Source of the DNA: an uncultured Cytophagales bacterium
Lineage (GTDB): Bacteria > Bacteroidota > Bacteroidia > Cytophagales > JAAEPT01
Assembly: GCA_963736575.1 (NCBI GenBank)
Contig: CAVTPD010000001.1
Span: 156,941-220,940 of the forward strand
DNA: 64,000 bases
Reading direction: 5' to 3'
Part shown: positions 48,777 to 58,737 of the stretch, one piece after another
Layout of the letters: every line of letters begins with the position of its first letter
How positions within the stretch are numbered: position 1 is the stretch's first letter
Notes under the pieces: model-generated
The model's input: only the letters and a program-made list of their open reading frames with translations
The model's database searches: none
Told to the model about the DNA's origin: nothing
Translations under genes and position numbers: made by a program

Positions 48777-49603
48777 GCAGTCCGGCTGTCTTGCGAATTT
48801 TCCTCCGGCATTTCCTCGACCGTCTCCTCCGTAGGCGGATCAGTCACCACGGTTTCAGTGTGCGTTTCACTCACCTGATCGACCACCTCCACCTTTGCGA
48901 CCTTCTTCTCTTCTGACATGGGGAAACCCTGTCCAATCGTGTGGCCGTCTGTCAACAGCCGGGCGTATTCAGCCGAGGAGTTGCGAAAAACTCCTCGGAC
49001 TGTCGAACAAGATAGGTCGGCTTGGATTTCTTGAAGGGACTCGCGTGAATTGAAACCCCAGGAGACTGCGGCATGCGGTATCCTGGCCTTTTGCGCTGCC
49101 TTCATGTCGCGGATCTCATCGCCGATGTAGAGCATCTCGTCGTTCTTGAGGGAAAAGGTCTTCCGGATCGCCCGCAGGTGTCTCGCCTTGCCGGTCAGCT
49201 TCGAAGTGGAGGAGACAAAGCCGAATTGATCGCGGATGCCGTGGTTTCTCAGAAAGACATCAACATTGGCCGTGGAATTGGAGGTAAGGATGCCGAAGTT
49301 TTCGACATGCTCACGCAATCCCGATGATCGCTTCGCGCATTCCATCGATTAGTTCAAGGCGCCCGATGTTCGCTCTCATCATTCCCGTCCCCCGCGCGAT
49401 GATCGAAGGGCACCCGGCGCTTGGGGATTTCGAGCTCGGCGAGGATCTGCTTCAGAGAGAGATGCCGCAAGTTTCGCGATCTCCTCTTCTCCGACCTGGC
49501 GGATCCCGTAGTCAGGGGCCAGCTCGTTGAAAATTTTTCTCGTTTCACCGAGGGTATCCGCAATCGTTCCGTCGAAGTCAAAAACCAGCGCCCGATATTT
49601 CAT
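48773..49603 (-). pseudogene. HAD-superfamily hydrolase (phosphoglycolate-phosphatase-like) with acidic C-terminal tail, two frameshifts as sequenced
   Basis: Motif I, MKYRALVFDFDGTIADT, from the Met at 49603. The later motifs (ILTSNS..., YIGDEIRDMKAA) are in ORF 48773-49345. The stop overlaps the start of the next gene (ATGA at 48773-48776). Confidence 0.65.
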
Positions 49604-49663
49604 CCGCGGGAAATCTGCCCGGCTTGTCAGCCGACTGCCAGCCAAAATCTGCCCAAAGCCGGC

Positions 49664-50682
49664 TCATAGGGAAAGGTTCGGATCGATGTCCCCATCGAGA
49701 CCATCCGCTTTTCCTGCGAAAAACCTCAGCAAACCCGCGAAGGCAATCATCGCGGCATTGTCGGTGCAGACCTCCGCATCGGCTATGGAGAGTTCCAAGC
49801 CCTCCCTTGCAGCAGCGCTCGGCGAAGGCTTTCCTAACGACTTGGTTCAAGCTGACACCGCCGGAAAGTCCGACCTTTTCCACCCGGACTGCCTTCGCCG
49901 CACGTATGGTTTTTTCCACGAGAACCTCAACGACCGCCAACTGAAAGGACGCCGCAATATCTTCGACCGATGCCGCTTTGTTTTTTTGCAAGGTATACAG
50001 CACAGCCGTCTTCAGTCCGGAAAAAGAAAAATCCAGCTCGCCACCACCCATCATCGATCTCGGAAATGAAAAGGCCGTGGGATCGCCATCTTTTGCGGCC
50101 TTCTCGATCTCCGGCCCGCCAGGGTAGGGAAGGCCAAGCATTTTTCCCACCTTGTCGAAGGCCTCGCCAGCGGCATCGTCCCGGGTGGTTCCGAGCCGTT
50201 TGTAGTCTCCCGCCCCGCTAACCTCCATGAGCAGAGTGTGCCCTCCGGAAACGACCAGGCCCACATGCCGCGGAACTTCCGTCCTGTCCATGAAGGGCGA
50301 TAGCAGAGTGCCCTTCGAGATGATTCACTCCCACGAAAGGCTTTCCGGAAACACAAGACATCGCCTTCGCCGCCGTGCTGCCGACAAGCAATGAAGATGC
50401 AAGCCCCGGACCCATCGTCGCGCCAAAGACATCGATATCCGCCATACCCGCCTCTGCCGCAGCCAACGCATCCTCCACCAGACCGGATAAACACAGCGAA
50501 TGACTGCGGGATGCCAGCTCCGGCACGACTCCGCCATGCTCACGATGTTGTTCGATCTGTGATGCGATTACTGACGCGAGAATCCGCGTCGGCTCTCCCT
50601 CGTCACCGCGCAGAATCGCCACCGCTGTTTCATCACAGGAACTTTCTATTGCAAGGAACACCGCCACGCGGGGATGTTCCAT
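49664..50682 (-). pseudogene. tsaD: tRNA N6-adenosine threonylcarbamoyltransferase TsaD, at least 2-3 frameshifts as sequenced
   Basis: LAIESSCDETAVAIL...HREHGGVVPELASRSH...VNHLEGH (ORF 50218-50718), then VVSGGHTLL...DDAAGEAFDKVGKMLGLPYPGGP (ORF 49578-50291), ending ...DIDPNLSL* with the TGA at 49666-49664. Confidence 0.9.
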
Positions 50683-50763
50683 TTTCAGCAACGGACTGCA
50701 ACGCCGGAAAATCTCCATCGTTCCGGGTTGGACGTCACCGCTTCCATGTTCCAGTGTCCCCGC

Positions 50764-51891
50764 ATGCCGTTTTCCGCCGAGTATCCTGATCTGTTAGCCA
50801 GTCCGACGCCGCTTATGCGCCGCTTCACCGGCCTGCTTGATGAGAAGGTATCCTTGGAGACGCTGGCGCTGAAAAGCCAGCAGGTCACGCGCCGGAATTT
50901 CGGGAAAACCATGCGACTTTTCGCGCCGCTTTATGTCTCGAACGAATGCGTGAACAACTGTTCCTATTGCGGCTTTTCCCGGGATGCCGCGATCCTGCGT
51001 ACTACACTTACCGTAGATCAGGTCGTTACCGAGGCGAAGCACCTCCATGCCCAGGGTTTCCGCAACCTCCTGCTCGTCGCCGGAGAGCACCCGAAGTTCG
51101 TTTCCGAAGGCTACCTCCAGAAATGCCTCGACGCGCTCATCCCGCTTTTCCCAACGCTGGCCCTTGAAGTCGGCCCCATGGAGGATGAACAGTATTCCGA
51201 AATCGTCGATCACGGTGCCGAGGGGCTGATCGTTTATCAGGAAACCTATCACCGGGAAACCTACGAAACCCTGCACACCGCGGGTCCCAAAAGGAAATTC
51301 AACTGGCGGCTGGATTGCCCGGAGCGTGCCTACGCTGGCGGCTTCCGTCGTATCGGCATCGGCGCCCTGTTCGGTCTGGCGGATTGGAAACACGAAGCGC
51401 TGTCCCTCGCCGCCCATCTTGAATATCTCTACAAGCACTGCTGGAAGGCGCAGTTCTCCGTCGCATTCCCCCGCATGCGCCCCTACGCAGGAAACTACCA
51501 ATACGAGCCCGATCCGAACCGCTACCTCCCGGACGCCGCCCTGCTCCGACTCGTCACCGCCTTCCGCATCATCTTCCCGCAAGTCGCCATCGTCCTCTCC
51601 ACCCGCGAGCCCGCCCCGCTCCGCGATGCCATGGCCTCGCTCGGCATCACCCACATGTCCGCCGGCGCCCGCACCGAACCCGGCGGCTACACCGGCGCCG
51701 GCTCCGACGATCTCCACCTCACCGTCAAAGGCCGCCGCGTCGAGCTTTCCGAAAAATCAGGAAAGGAAAAAGCCACCGAGCAATTCCAAATCCACGACAC
51801 CCGCAGCCCCGCCCAGATCGCGGAAATGCTCCGCGCCCAGAACATCGATCCGGTCTGGAAGGATTTCGACCAGGCGCTCGTGCAAGCCTGA
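50764..51891 (+). CDS. thiH: 2-iminoacetate synthase ThiH (radical SAM)
   Basis: CVNNCSYCGF radical-SAM cluster motif. LLLVAGEH, YQETYH, FPRMRP and the C-terminal EQF..HD.R....I...L...G..PVWKDFD align well with E. coli ThiH from memory. The Met at 50764 is the likely start; the ORF opens at 50674. Confidence 0.85.
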   Translation: MPFSAEYPDLLASPTPLMRRFTGLLDEKVSLETLALKSQQVTRRNFGKTMRLFAPLYVSNECVNNCSYCGFSRDAAILRTTLTVDQVVTEAKHLHAQGFRNLLLVAGEHPKFVSEGYLQKCLDALIPLFPTLALEVGPMEDEQYSEIVDHGAEGLIVYQETYHRETYETLHTAGPKRKFNWRLDCPERAYAGGFRRIGIGALFGLADWKHEALSLAAHLEYLYKHCWKAQFSVAFPRMRPYAGNYQYEPDPNRYLPDAALLRLVTAFRIIFPQVAIVLSTREPAPLRDAMASLGITHMSAGARTEPGGYTGAGSDDLHLTVKGRRVELSEKSGKEKATEQFQIHDTRSPAQIAEMLRAQNIDPVWKDFDQALVQA

Positions 51892-51928
51892 AAGGAACCG
51901 CGATTTGGAAATCCGGTACCTCTCCGCC

Positions 51929-53813
51929 TCACTCTGGAAGTTCGGGGAGCCTGACACGGAAAAATTCCGATTCCTCGCCACCAGCGACCGGAATCCGAAC
52001 AGTTTCATATTCCCCGTTTTCCTCCGGGAGGGGATGTTCCGGAGTCCAAGGTTCCCAATCATCAAGCCGCGTGCTCCGCTGCATCGGGTAAATCAGATCG
52101 AGACCGGATCCACTTCTCCTCCTCTGAAAAGTAAACTCCATCCCTCCCGCGATTTCTTTGAGGTGAGGCCTTCCATCTGAGCCGAGATCCGCGGCTTTCG
52201 CCTGCGTCCCGAAGATGAACTCCTCCCAATTGGAAACCGAATCCCCGTCCCAGTCACCGAGCGGCCCCGCAGAATTCCCCCTCAAGTTTTGCCCGGCCAT
52301 CCAGGTTGAAAATGCCGCCGGCTCGCTTCATTTTGGTGATTTTGTATAACTCAACCAGAGCCGTATCCGAGGAAACCACTAGAAGATCCTTCGTTCCGTC
52401 CCCATCCAGGTCTGCGAGCGCGAACTGATCCCGATAGCTGAATTCCACGGCAGGTGCGATCGGCAGCATCTCGCCAAAGCCTGAAAGGGTATTTGATCCG
52501 TCATTCTCCCTCCAAAAGACGCGTTGGAAACCGGAGGTTCCGTATGTGTGCAGTGACACGATCTCATCCACATCCCCATCGCCGTCCAAGTCATGCAATC
52601 GATCCGTTCCGTAGGGGTCATGGGAAGGGTATGGGAAAGTCGAACTGGTGTAGAACGGGAATGAGAACCCTGTGTTTTCAAAGCTTACGTTGGACGCGAG
52701 CCGGAGGATCTTACCTTCCGCATTTATGAAGTCGTCCGTGCCATCCCCATCCGCATCGAAATCCAGCAATGTCAGCTCTTGTGGTAACTTTCTGACGGAG
52801 AGGATATCCCCGACCGGATTCCTTTCTACCCAGTATCGAGAACCGGGGCCAAAAAGGCTGCCAACTACAAAAATGTCCAGATCCCCGTCCATATCCATGT
52901 CGATAAACCGGACTGCCCCAGGTAAGTTGTCGTTGGCCAGATCCATGATCACTTTCCTTTGTTCGAAGTGATCCGGGCGCCCTTTCAGCCATGAGAGGGT
53001 TCCGCTCGGAGCGTGGGCAAGAAGATCCTCCCTGCCGTCACTATCCCAGTCCTCGAGGTAAAACACCGTCCCTTCATCCATTGTATCCATGGGAAGGACG
53101 GTGAACTTCCCGTTTTCATCCTGGAAAGCGATGGAGAGCACTACATACGTGATGCCGTCGTTGCCGACGAGGTTGCTTGAGAGTATCAGGTCCTTCCGAA
53201 TTGCCGTGAGTATGAAAGGAGGCAGGTAAGATGGCAGAACATCTGGAACACTGTCGTTCGTAAGGTTCGCAACCGCGACCAGAGAGGTGCCGGTTCCGAG
53301 CGCGGCGAGGGTCTCCTTATTCGGAAATGTCGCGTCACCATTGTTCATCCACACGCTAAGATTGAGGGAACCATACCTGTGGATCGGATAGGGCAGGTCG
53401 TTTTCGAAAATAAGGTCATTGTCCCCATCCCCGTCAAGATCACTAATTCCCTTTATACGCCTCTCATAGGATACAGCGGCTATCGGAATTCCGGTTTCCG
53501 AAAAATCCCCCTCTCCAACACCCGCATGCCAGACGATGTTGTCCGAGGCCGAACCGCCTGCGAACAGCGATGGAACGGGAACTACAAGATCCTCGTTCCC
53601 GTCACCGTTGATATCCGTCACGGAAACAAAAGCCAATTCGGTTGCATTCTCTTGCGTATTGACGAGGGAGGTTTCGAGGCCGCCAGGTTCGAGTCGGATT
53701 TCATAAAGGCGGGTTTGATACCTGAAGGGGGCGGATGATTCGCGGGATCCCTTGAAACAAGTGTTGTGAAATGCACCCGCTTCGAAACCTGATCCGTTCC
53801 GGAGAGATACCAT
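51929..53813 (-). pseudogene. FG-GAP/VCBS repeat protein, one frameshift near the C-terminus as sequenced
   Basis: ORF 52254-53813 has repeated DxDGDGxxD FG-GAP calcium-binding motifs. The C-terminal 120 aa (GDWDGDSVSNWEEFIFGT...) continue in ORF 51929-52300. Length is 3n+1. Confidence 0.6.
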
Positions 53814-53822
53814 GACAACCGG

Positions 53823-54719
53823 TCATCTCCATCGTGCTCCGGCAGGGAGAAGTTCCTCCACCAGGGAGAGGCTGCCATCCTGCAGGCGCCGGTATGCGGT
53901 GACCTTGTCCTGGTTGGTCTCAAAGTGGCTGCTACTGACAAGTAATAAAGATCCCCCTCCTGGAGTCCGTGGTTCGAGGAAGGCAATGCCGGTAAGACGA
54001 TGGTCAGCATCCGGACTGATTAAAACCTGCTGGGCATCAAACACGCCACCACCAAGGTTTTCAAAATAGCTCCGACCGTTTTGGAGGAACATGTCCTGAT
54101 CTCCGTCCGCGTCATAATCATAAAGGGTAACTTCCCGCTCATAGTACCAGGAGGCATTTGAAGGCAATGGGACCGGTTGCGCGAAGGTGCCATCCGCTTG
54201 TCTCAGGAAAACTTCCCCTTCTCCGAGAATGTCGCTCTGACCGTTCCCATCCAGATCCGCAAGAATCGGTTCGATACCGGAGCGGCCACCAAGGAGAGGT
54301 GTGATTACAGTGAAAGGGGTTCCGAACGAACCATCAGGTTGTCCGATCGCCACATTGATGTTGTATCGACTGTCGAGATTCGAGTTTTCGTAGATTTCTT
54401 GAATCCAGAGATCTTGCCTTCCATCCCCGTCCCAATCTGAAATGCCGAAGATACGATCAAATGTTCCATCAACCGCTCCCCAAGTGTGCCTTGTGAAATT
54501 CCCGCTCCCGTCATTTTTCCACCAGTTCGCCATAAATGCGTCATCCGCGACCGCGAATACATCGAAGTCGCCGTCTCCGTCCATGTCCACGACCTTGGCT
54601 TTCTGCATTCTGCTAACAGAATTGGTGAGTTTGATGCGTTCGCCAAATGTGATTTGCCCTTCCGCCATGAAAGGCAGGGAAAGAACTAAAATTGCAGAGG
54701 GCAGCTTCAGGGCGGACAC
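53823..54719 (-). CDS. secreted FG-GAP/VCBS repeat protein
   Basis: Signal peptide (MSALKLPSAILVLSLPFMA) and repeated D.DGDG..D motifs. Its stop is 9 nt before the next FG-GAP ORF, so the two may be one gene. Confidence 0.65.
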   Translation of the reverse strand: MSALKLPSAILVLSLPFMAEGQITFGERIKLTNSVSRMQKAKVVDMDGDGDFDVFAVADDAFMANWWKNDGSGNFTRHTWGAVDGTFDRIFGISDWDGDGRQDLWIQEIYENSNLDSRYNINVAIGQPDGSFGTPFTVITPLLGGRSGIEPILADLDGNGQSDILGEGEVFLRQADGTFAQPVPLPSNASWYYEREVTLYDYDADGDQDMFLQNGRSYFENLGGGVFDAQQVLISPDADHRLTGIAFLEPRTPGGGSLLLVSSSHFETNQDKVTAYRRLQDGSLSLVEELLPAGARWR

Positions 54720-54781
54720 GCGGGATTGTAGGCAGGTATGTTTGGTTTGCGCTAGTCAGGAAACTGAAACACCGACTGAAG

Positions 54782-55782
54782 TCAGTGCTCCATCACCGCC
54801 TCATAGAACGGCTTCCCATCCACATCGTGGTGGGTGAAGGTGGCTTTTTTCCCATCCACATTGATGGAGGCGAAGCCGCCTTTCACGCGGAGGAATTTGT
54901 GCTTGGGGCGTTTGTCCTTCGGGTTCCAGCCTTGGGGTGGGCGTCGGAAGCGGGGCCGCAGCCGAATTCGTTGAGGCCGGTTTCCGGATCGACGGAGTGG
55001 TATTGCCAGTGGCGGTATCCGTTGATGACGAAGCAGCCGGGGATGGAGGAGAGGTGTTTCCGAAGGCGTTCGCCCTCGTGGAGGAAGCCTTTGTTCGCAT
55101 GGTCGTCGTGCATCCAGTAGGAGAGGAGTTTCCGCATGGAAAGCCTTCTGGAAGGGGAGGGCATACATCCGGCCCCAGCGGTAGCGGGCGAGGGTCATGT
55201 TTCTCGCGAGAGGCTCTTTTCTATCATAGTAGAGGGTGTCCCCGGTCTGGACGAAAAAGTCCGGCTTCAGGGCGAGCATGGAGCGGTAGATTTTGTGGCC
55301 GTTGTCCGCATCGTCCCGCAATTCGAATTCCTGGCAGGTGGAGACGGTGAAGGTGAGGGGGATCCCTGCATCCGGCGTGGGCGCTGTGGTGAAGCTCCCG
55401 GTGTAGTTGTTGCTGTCGTTGTGCGCGCTAAAGGTGTAGCTAGTGCCGGGGGAGAGTCCCCCGATGGTGACTTGGTGGCAGAAATCGGATGAGGCATCGA
55501 CTTGTGTGAATGCGGTTTCCTGGGGTATTCTGTTCGTCGGTCTTCCAGTATCTGAAGAGGACTTTTCCTGCCTGGCCTGGGATGATCCAGTTGGGTTCTC
55601 CCTTTTTCCAGTTTTCGACGCGGTTGGTCGCTCGATTAAATTGGATGAGCCGTGTCCAGAGGACGACGGAGGTATCGGTGACCTCACCAATTTTCACACC
55701 ATTTCCGAAGGCGAGTGCGTGGCATGGGAGGGAGGGGGCGAGCAGGAGAAGAACGGGTCTCCCTGCAATCCAGGGTGCTCAT
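54782..55782 (-). pseudogene. PhoD-like metallophosphatase (alkaline phosphatase D family), at least 3 frameshifts as sequenced
   Basis: The signal peptide and N-terminal beta-domain (KIGEVTDTSVVLWTR) are in ORF 55440-55697. The core, FVQTGDTLYYD...RYRWGRMYALP, is in ORF 54782-55690. HDDHANKGFLHEGER is in ORF 54883-55164. The ATG at 55782-55780 overlaps the upstream stop. Confidence 0.55.
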
Positions 55783-56777
55783 TTTCTCAAAATGTAATCG
55801 GCAACCACCATGCGGTGATCGGTCTTCTTGGACACGATTGTTCCGCAGCTGATTGGTTGGAACTGGCGGGTTGCGTAGATGTGATCGATGCGGAGGATGG
55901 GAAAGCGGCGGTGGAAGGTATCGCCCCAGCCGCGGCCTGCCTCGGCGAAGGCGTCGTCAAAATCACGGACCAGCTGGCGGTGGACAATGTCAGTTGCGCC
56001 GGCGTTGAAATCCCCACCCAAAATCGTGGGGGTGGAGGGGAAGCTGCTGGTCTGCTCCAGAACTTGGAGGACAATGGAGAGCTCCTTTTTTCTAATGTCC
56101 CGGTTTTTGCTATGGGTTCTGCGCGCGTGGGAGCTCCACAGGCGCATATCCGTCGCGGCTGTGGCCAGGTGAACATTGACGACCTCGATCTCACTGCCAT
56201 CGGGCAGGCGCAGTGTTACCTGCTGATTGCGCATCGTAGGATTGCGGACCTCTCTGCGGATCTCGAAGCGAGTCGCGATCCCTGTTGTCATGTATGCCCG
56301 GAAATCGCCGTTTCCGCCGTAGAGCGCGTCTGAAATTGTTTTGGTCTGGTGCGGATATGCCTGCTGAATGAGCACGATATCCGGGTCCCATTTTTCGATG
56401 TCCTCGGTCGGGTCTCCGAAGTTGAATGCGGCGCAGTTCACGGTCAGGACGCGGATCGGAAGGTCCCCTTCGGGGGTGGCTCTTCTTTCCGGAACGATCC
56501 GGGGCATGCCAAAGTTTGAGAGGACGCGGGCCTCGTCCATCGCCACGGACATGGTAACCGCCCACACGGCCGTAACGATCAGGGAGAGTGGCGCGCGAAG
56601 GAAACAAAACGCCAGGACGGACATGATCAGTCCTATCCCTCCCCATAGCCAAAAGGGAAGAACCGTGAATGCGGCAAGCGAGTCCGGCTGGCTGGCGTAG
56701 CACCATACGGTGAGCGCATGCATGATCAGTGAGCCACTGACCAGAAACCACCCGATGGCACGCCTTGTTTTAGACAT
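55779..56777 (-). CDS. membrane-anchored endonuclease/exonuclease/phosphatase (EEP) family protein
   Basis: Four N-terminal TM helices from the Met at 56777 (MSKTRRAIGWFLV...). EEP motifs are present (VLTVNCAAFN, VNVHL, LGGDFN, IDHIY). Confidence 0.7.
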   Translation of the reverse strand: MSKTRRAIGWFLVSGSLIMHALTVWCYASQPDSLAAFTVLPFWLWGGIGLIMSVLAFCFLRAPLSLIVTAVWAVTMSVAMDEARVLSNFGMPRIVPERRATPEGDLPIRVLTVNCAAFNFGDPTEDIEKWDPDIVLIQQAYPHQTKTISDALYGGNGDFRAYMTTGIATRFEIRREVRNPTMRNQQVTLRLPDGSEIEVVNVHLATAATDMRLWSSHARRTHSKNRDIRKKELSIVLQVLEQTSSFPSTPTILGGDFNAGATDIVHRQLVRDFDDAFAEAGRGWGDTFHRRFPILRIDHIYATRQFQPISCGTIVSKKTDHRMVVADYILRK

Positions 56778-56883
56778 TGGTAGGTATTGCCCCTTTAAAG
56801 AGGTGAGGGGAATGAGGGGTCCATCTCCTGAGGTCCTCGATAAAAAACCTTCTTCGTGAGGACGGCGATTTTGATTGGAAACT

Positions 56884-57189
56884 TCACATTCCCGGAAGTC
56901 CCAGGCCACCTGTGAGTTTTTTCATCTCTGAGGCAGCTTGTTCCTTACCGGTGCTGATCGCCTCCTGGACTCCTTTCAAAACAAGGTCTTCGAGAAATTC
57001 AACATCGGAGGGGTCGACCACGGCGGGGTCAATCTTGATAGAGAGGACATCACCCGCGCAAGTGGCTTTCACGCTCACTTTGCCGCCGCCGACGGCGACT
57101 TCGACCTCGCGGCTGGCGAGTTCCTCCTGCTTCGCGGCAAGCCCGGCCTGCATTTGCTGGGCTTGTTTCATCAGTTTCTGCATGTTCAT
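56884..57189 (-). CDS. ybaB: YbaB/EbfC family nucleoid-associated protein
   Basis: 101-aa ORF, MQKLMKQAQQMQAGLAAKQEELASREVEVAVGGGKVSVKATC..., immediately downstream of dnaX as in most bacteria. Confidence 0.9.
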   Translation of the reverse strand: MNMQKLMKQAQQMQAGLAAKQEELASREVEVAVGGGKVSVKATCAGDVLSIKIDPAVVDPSDVEFLEDLVLKGVQEAISTGKEQAASEMKKLTGGLGLPGM

Positions 57190-57203
57190 AAAGGTGGTGT
57201 CTT

Positions 57204-58658
57204 TCAGTTGGTTAAAAACTTGGCCTCAAATTTCTCAAGGGCCGCCTGTATCAGTGGGTCTTTGTAAAACGTATCTTCCTCGGCAGTTGGTTCGGGCTTT
57301 TCATCAGCGACAGGGGTCATTGCCTTGGTTGGCCCGGAAATGGGTGGCTCGTCCTCTTCGTCGGGAGCGTTGGCGATCAGATCGTCAAAGGCGGCGAGGG
57401 TATCAGTCGTTTTTTTTTGTGTGGTTGGCGAAGATTTGAGGGCCGGGGCGGGTGTTTCCGGCTGTGCCGGAGCGGGGCTTTCTTTCGCGATGGGAGTGGT
57501 TTGTGCCAAGTGGTCGGCGCCTTTGGTGAGGACTTTGATCACGTCAGTAATGCGGACTTCCGCAAGGACCTGTATGGCTTTGATCATTCCGAGCTCAAAA
57601 TGGAGGCGCTTGTTGGTGGCCCATTTCATGCGGCCTTCCGTTTCGGCGAACACGTCGATCGCTGCCAGAAGGCGCTCCGGAGCGTAGCCATCCGCATCTT
57701 CGAGAAGCTTGTTCCATAGATTTTCCGGGATGCCTTCGCCGTCCGCCGTCGGATCAAGCTTTGCGATAAGCAGTCCCCGCAGACACCCGATAAGCTCGCC
57801 AAGAAGCTGGGAAAGCTCCCTCCCACTCTCTGCTTCCGTCTGAATGAGCTTCAGGGCGGCCGGTGTATTGCGGGAAAGAAGTTTTGAGGTGAGTTCGGCC
57901 ACTTTTTCCCGAGAGGTGAAGCCGAAGATATCCAGAACGTTTTCCTCGGAGATCGTTTCCCCGCAGAAAGCCACGAGCTGATCGAGCATGGACTGTGCGT
58001 CCCGCATCCCGCCATCGGCCCCCTTGGCAATTGCCCACGCCGCGGTCTCGTCGAGAGTGATGCCCTCCTCTTTCGCGATGTGGGTCAGGTGATCGGCGAT
58101 GGTCTGGGTGGGGATGGGGCGTAGATCGAAGCGCTGGCAGCGGGAAAGAATCGTCGGCAGGATCTTCTGAACTTCGGTGGTAGCGAAAATGAATTTCACA
58201 TGCTCCGGAGGCTCTTCAAGGGTTTTGAGAAGAGCGTTGAAGGCCGCATTGGAGAGCATGTGGACCTCGTCGATGTAGTAGATCTTGAACTGGCCGCGTG
58301 CGGGGGCGTATTTGACGGATTCCCGGAGATCGCGCACCTGTTCCACGCCATTGTTCGACGCGCCGTCGATTTCCAGGACATCCAGAGAACGGCCCTCGGC
58401 GATTTCCTTGCAGACGTCTTCTTCCGGATCGAAGTCGACTTTCGGGCCGCCCGAGCAGTTGAGAGCCTTGGCAAGGATGCGGGCGGTCGAGGTTTTACCG
58501 GTGCCTCTCGGGCCGACGAAAAGGTAGGCGTGTGCAAGCCGCTTCTGATCGATTGCGTTGCGCAAGGTGCGGACGACGTGGTCCTGGCCAAGGACGTCGG
58601 AAAATGTCTTGGGACGGTATTTTCTGGCAAAAACCTGGTAACTCACGGGGCACAGCAT
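57204..58658 (-). CDS. dnaX: DNA polymerase III subunit gamma/tau
   Basis: YQVFARKYRPKTFSDVLGQ, Walker A GPRGTGKTS, IYYIDEVHML and SRC motif ILSRCQRFD. The ORF opens at 58697; the Met at 58658 is the likely start. It contains an in-frame A9 tract (57410-57418, see findings). Confidence 0.9.
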   Translation of the reverse strand: MLCPVSYQVFARKYRPKTFSDVLGQDHVVRTLRNAIDQKRLAHAYLFVGPRGTGKTSTARILAKALNCSGGPKVDFDPEEDVCKEIAEGRSLDVLEIDGASNNGVEQVRDLRESVKYAPARGQFKIYYIDEVHMLSNAAFNALLKTLEEPPEHVKFIFATTEVQKILPTILSRCQRFDLRPIPTQTIADHLTHIAKEEGITLDETAAWAIAKGADGGMRDAQSMLDQLVAFCGETISEENVLDIFGFTSREKVAELTSKLLSRNTPAALKLIQTEAESGRELSQLLGELIGCLRGLLIAKLDPTADGEGIPENLWNKLLEDADGYAPERLLAAIDVFAETEGRMKWATNKRLHFELGMIKAIQVLAEVRITDVIKVLTKGADHLAQTTPIAKESPAPAQPETPAPALKSSPTTQKKTTDTLAAFDDLIANAPDEEDEPPISGPTKAMTPVADEKPEPTAEEDTFYKDPLIQAALEKFEAKFLTN

Positions 58659-58737
58659 AGGCACCCCGGCGCGTTTGTCATGCGGGGAATTTTCCAAATG
58701 CCTAGACCCCCCGGTTCTTCGGCGCTAGGCTTCGCGA

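Noticed and set aside
50683-50763. TPP riboswitch in front of thiH
   Set aside because: The divergent tsaD-thiH spacer is only ~80 nt and lacks the conserved CUGAGA / ACCUGAUCUGGAUAAUGCCAGCG-type THI-box elements.
58698-58737. SRP RNA (ffs) upstream of dnaX, as in the conserved ffs-dnaX-ybaB arrangement of many bacteria
   Set aside because: Only ~40-80 nt separate dnaX from the divergent ROK gene. The region has a small hairpin (gcctag...ctaggc) but none of the conserved SRP domain IV motifs.
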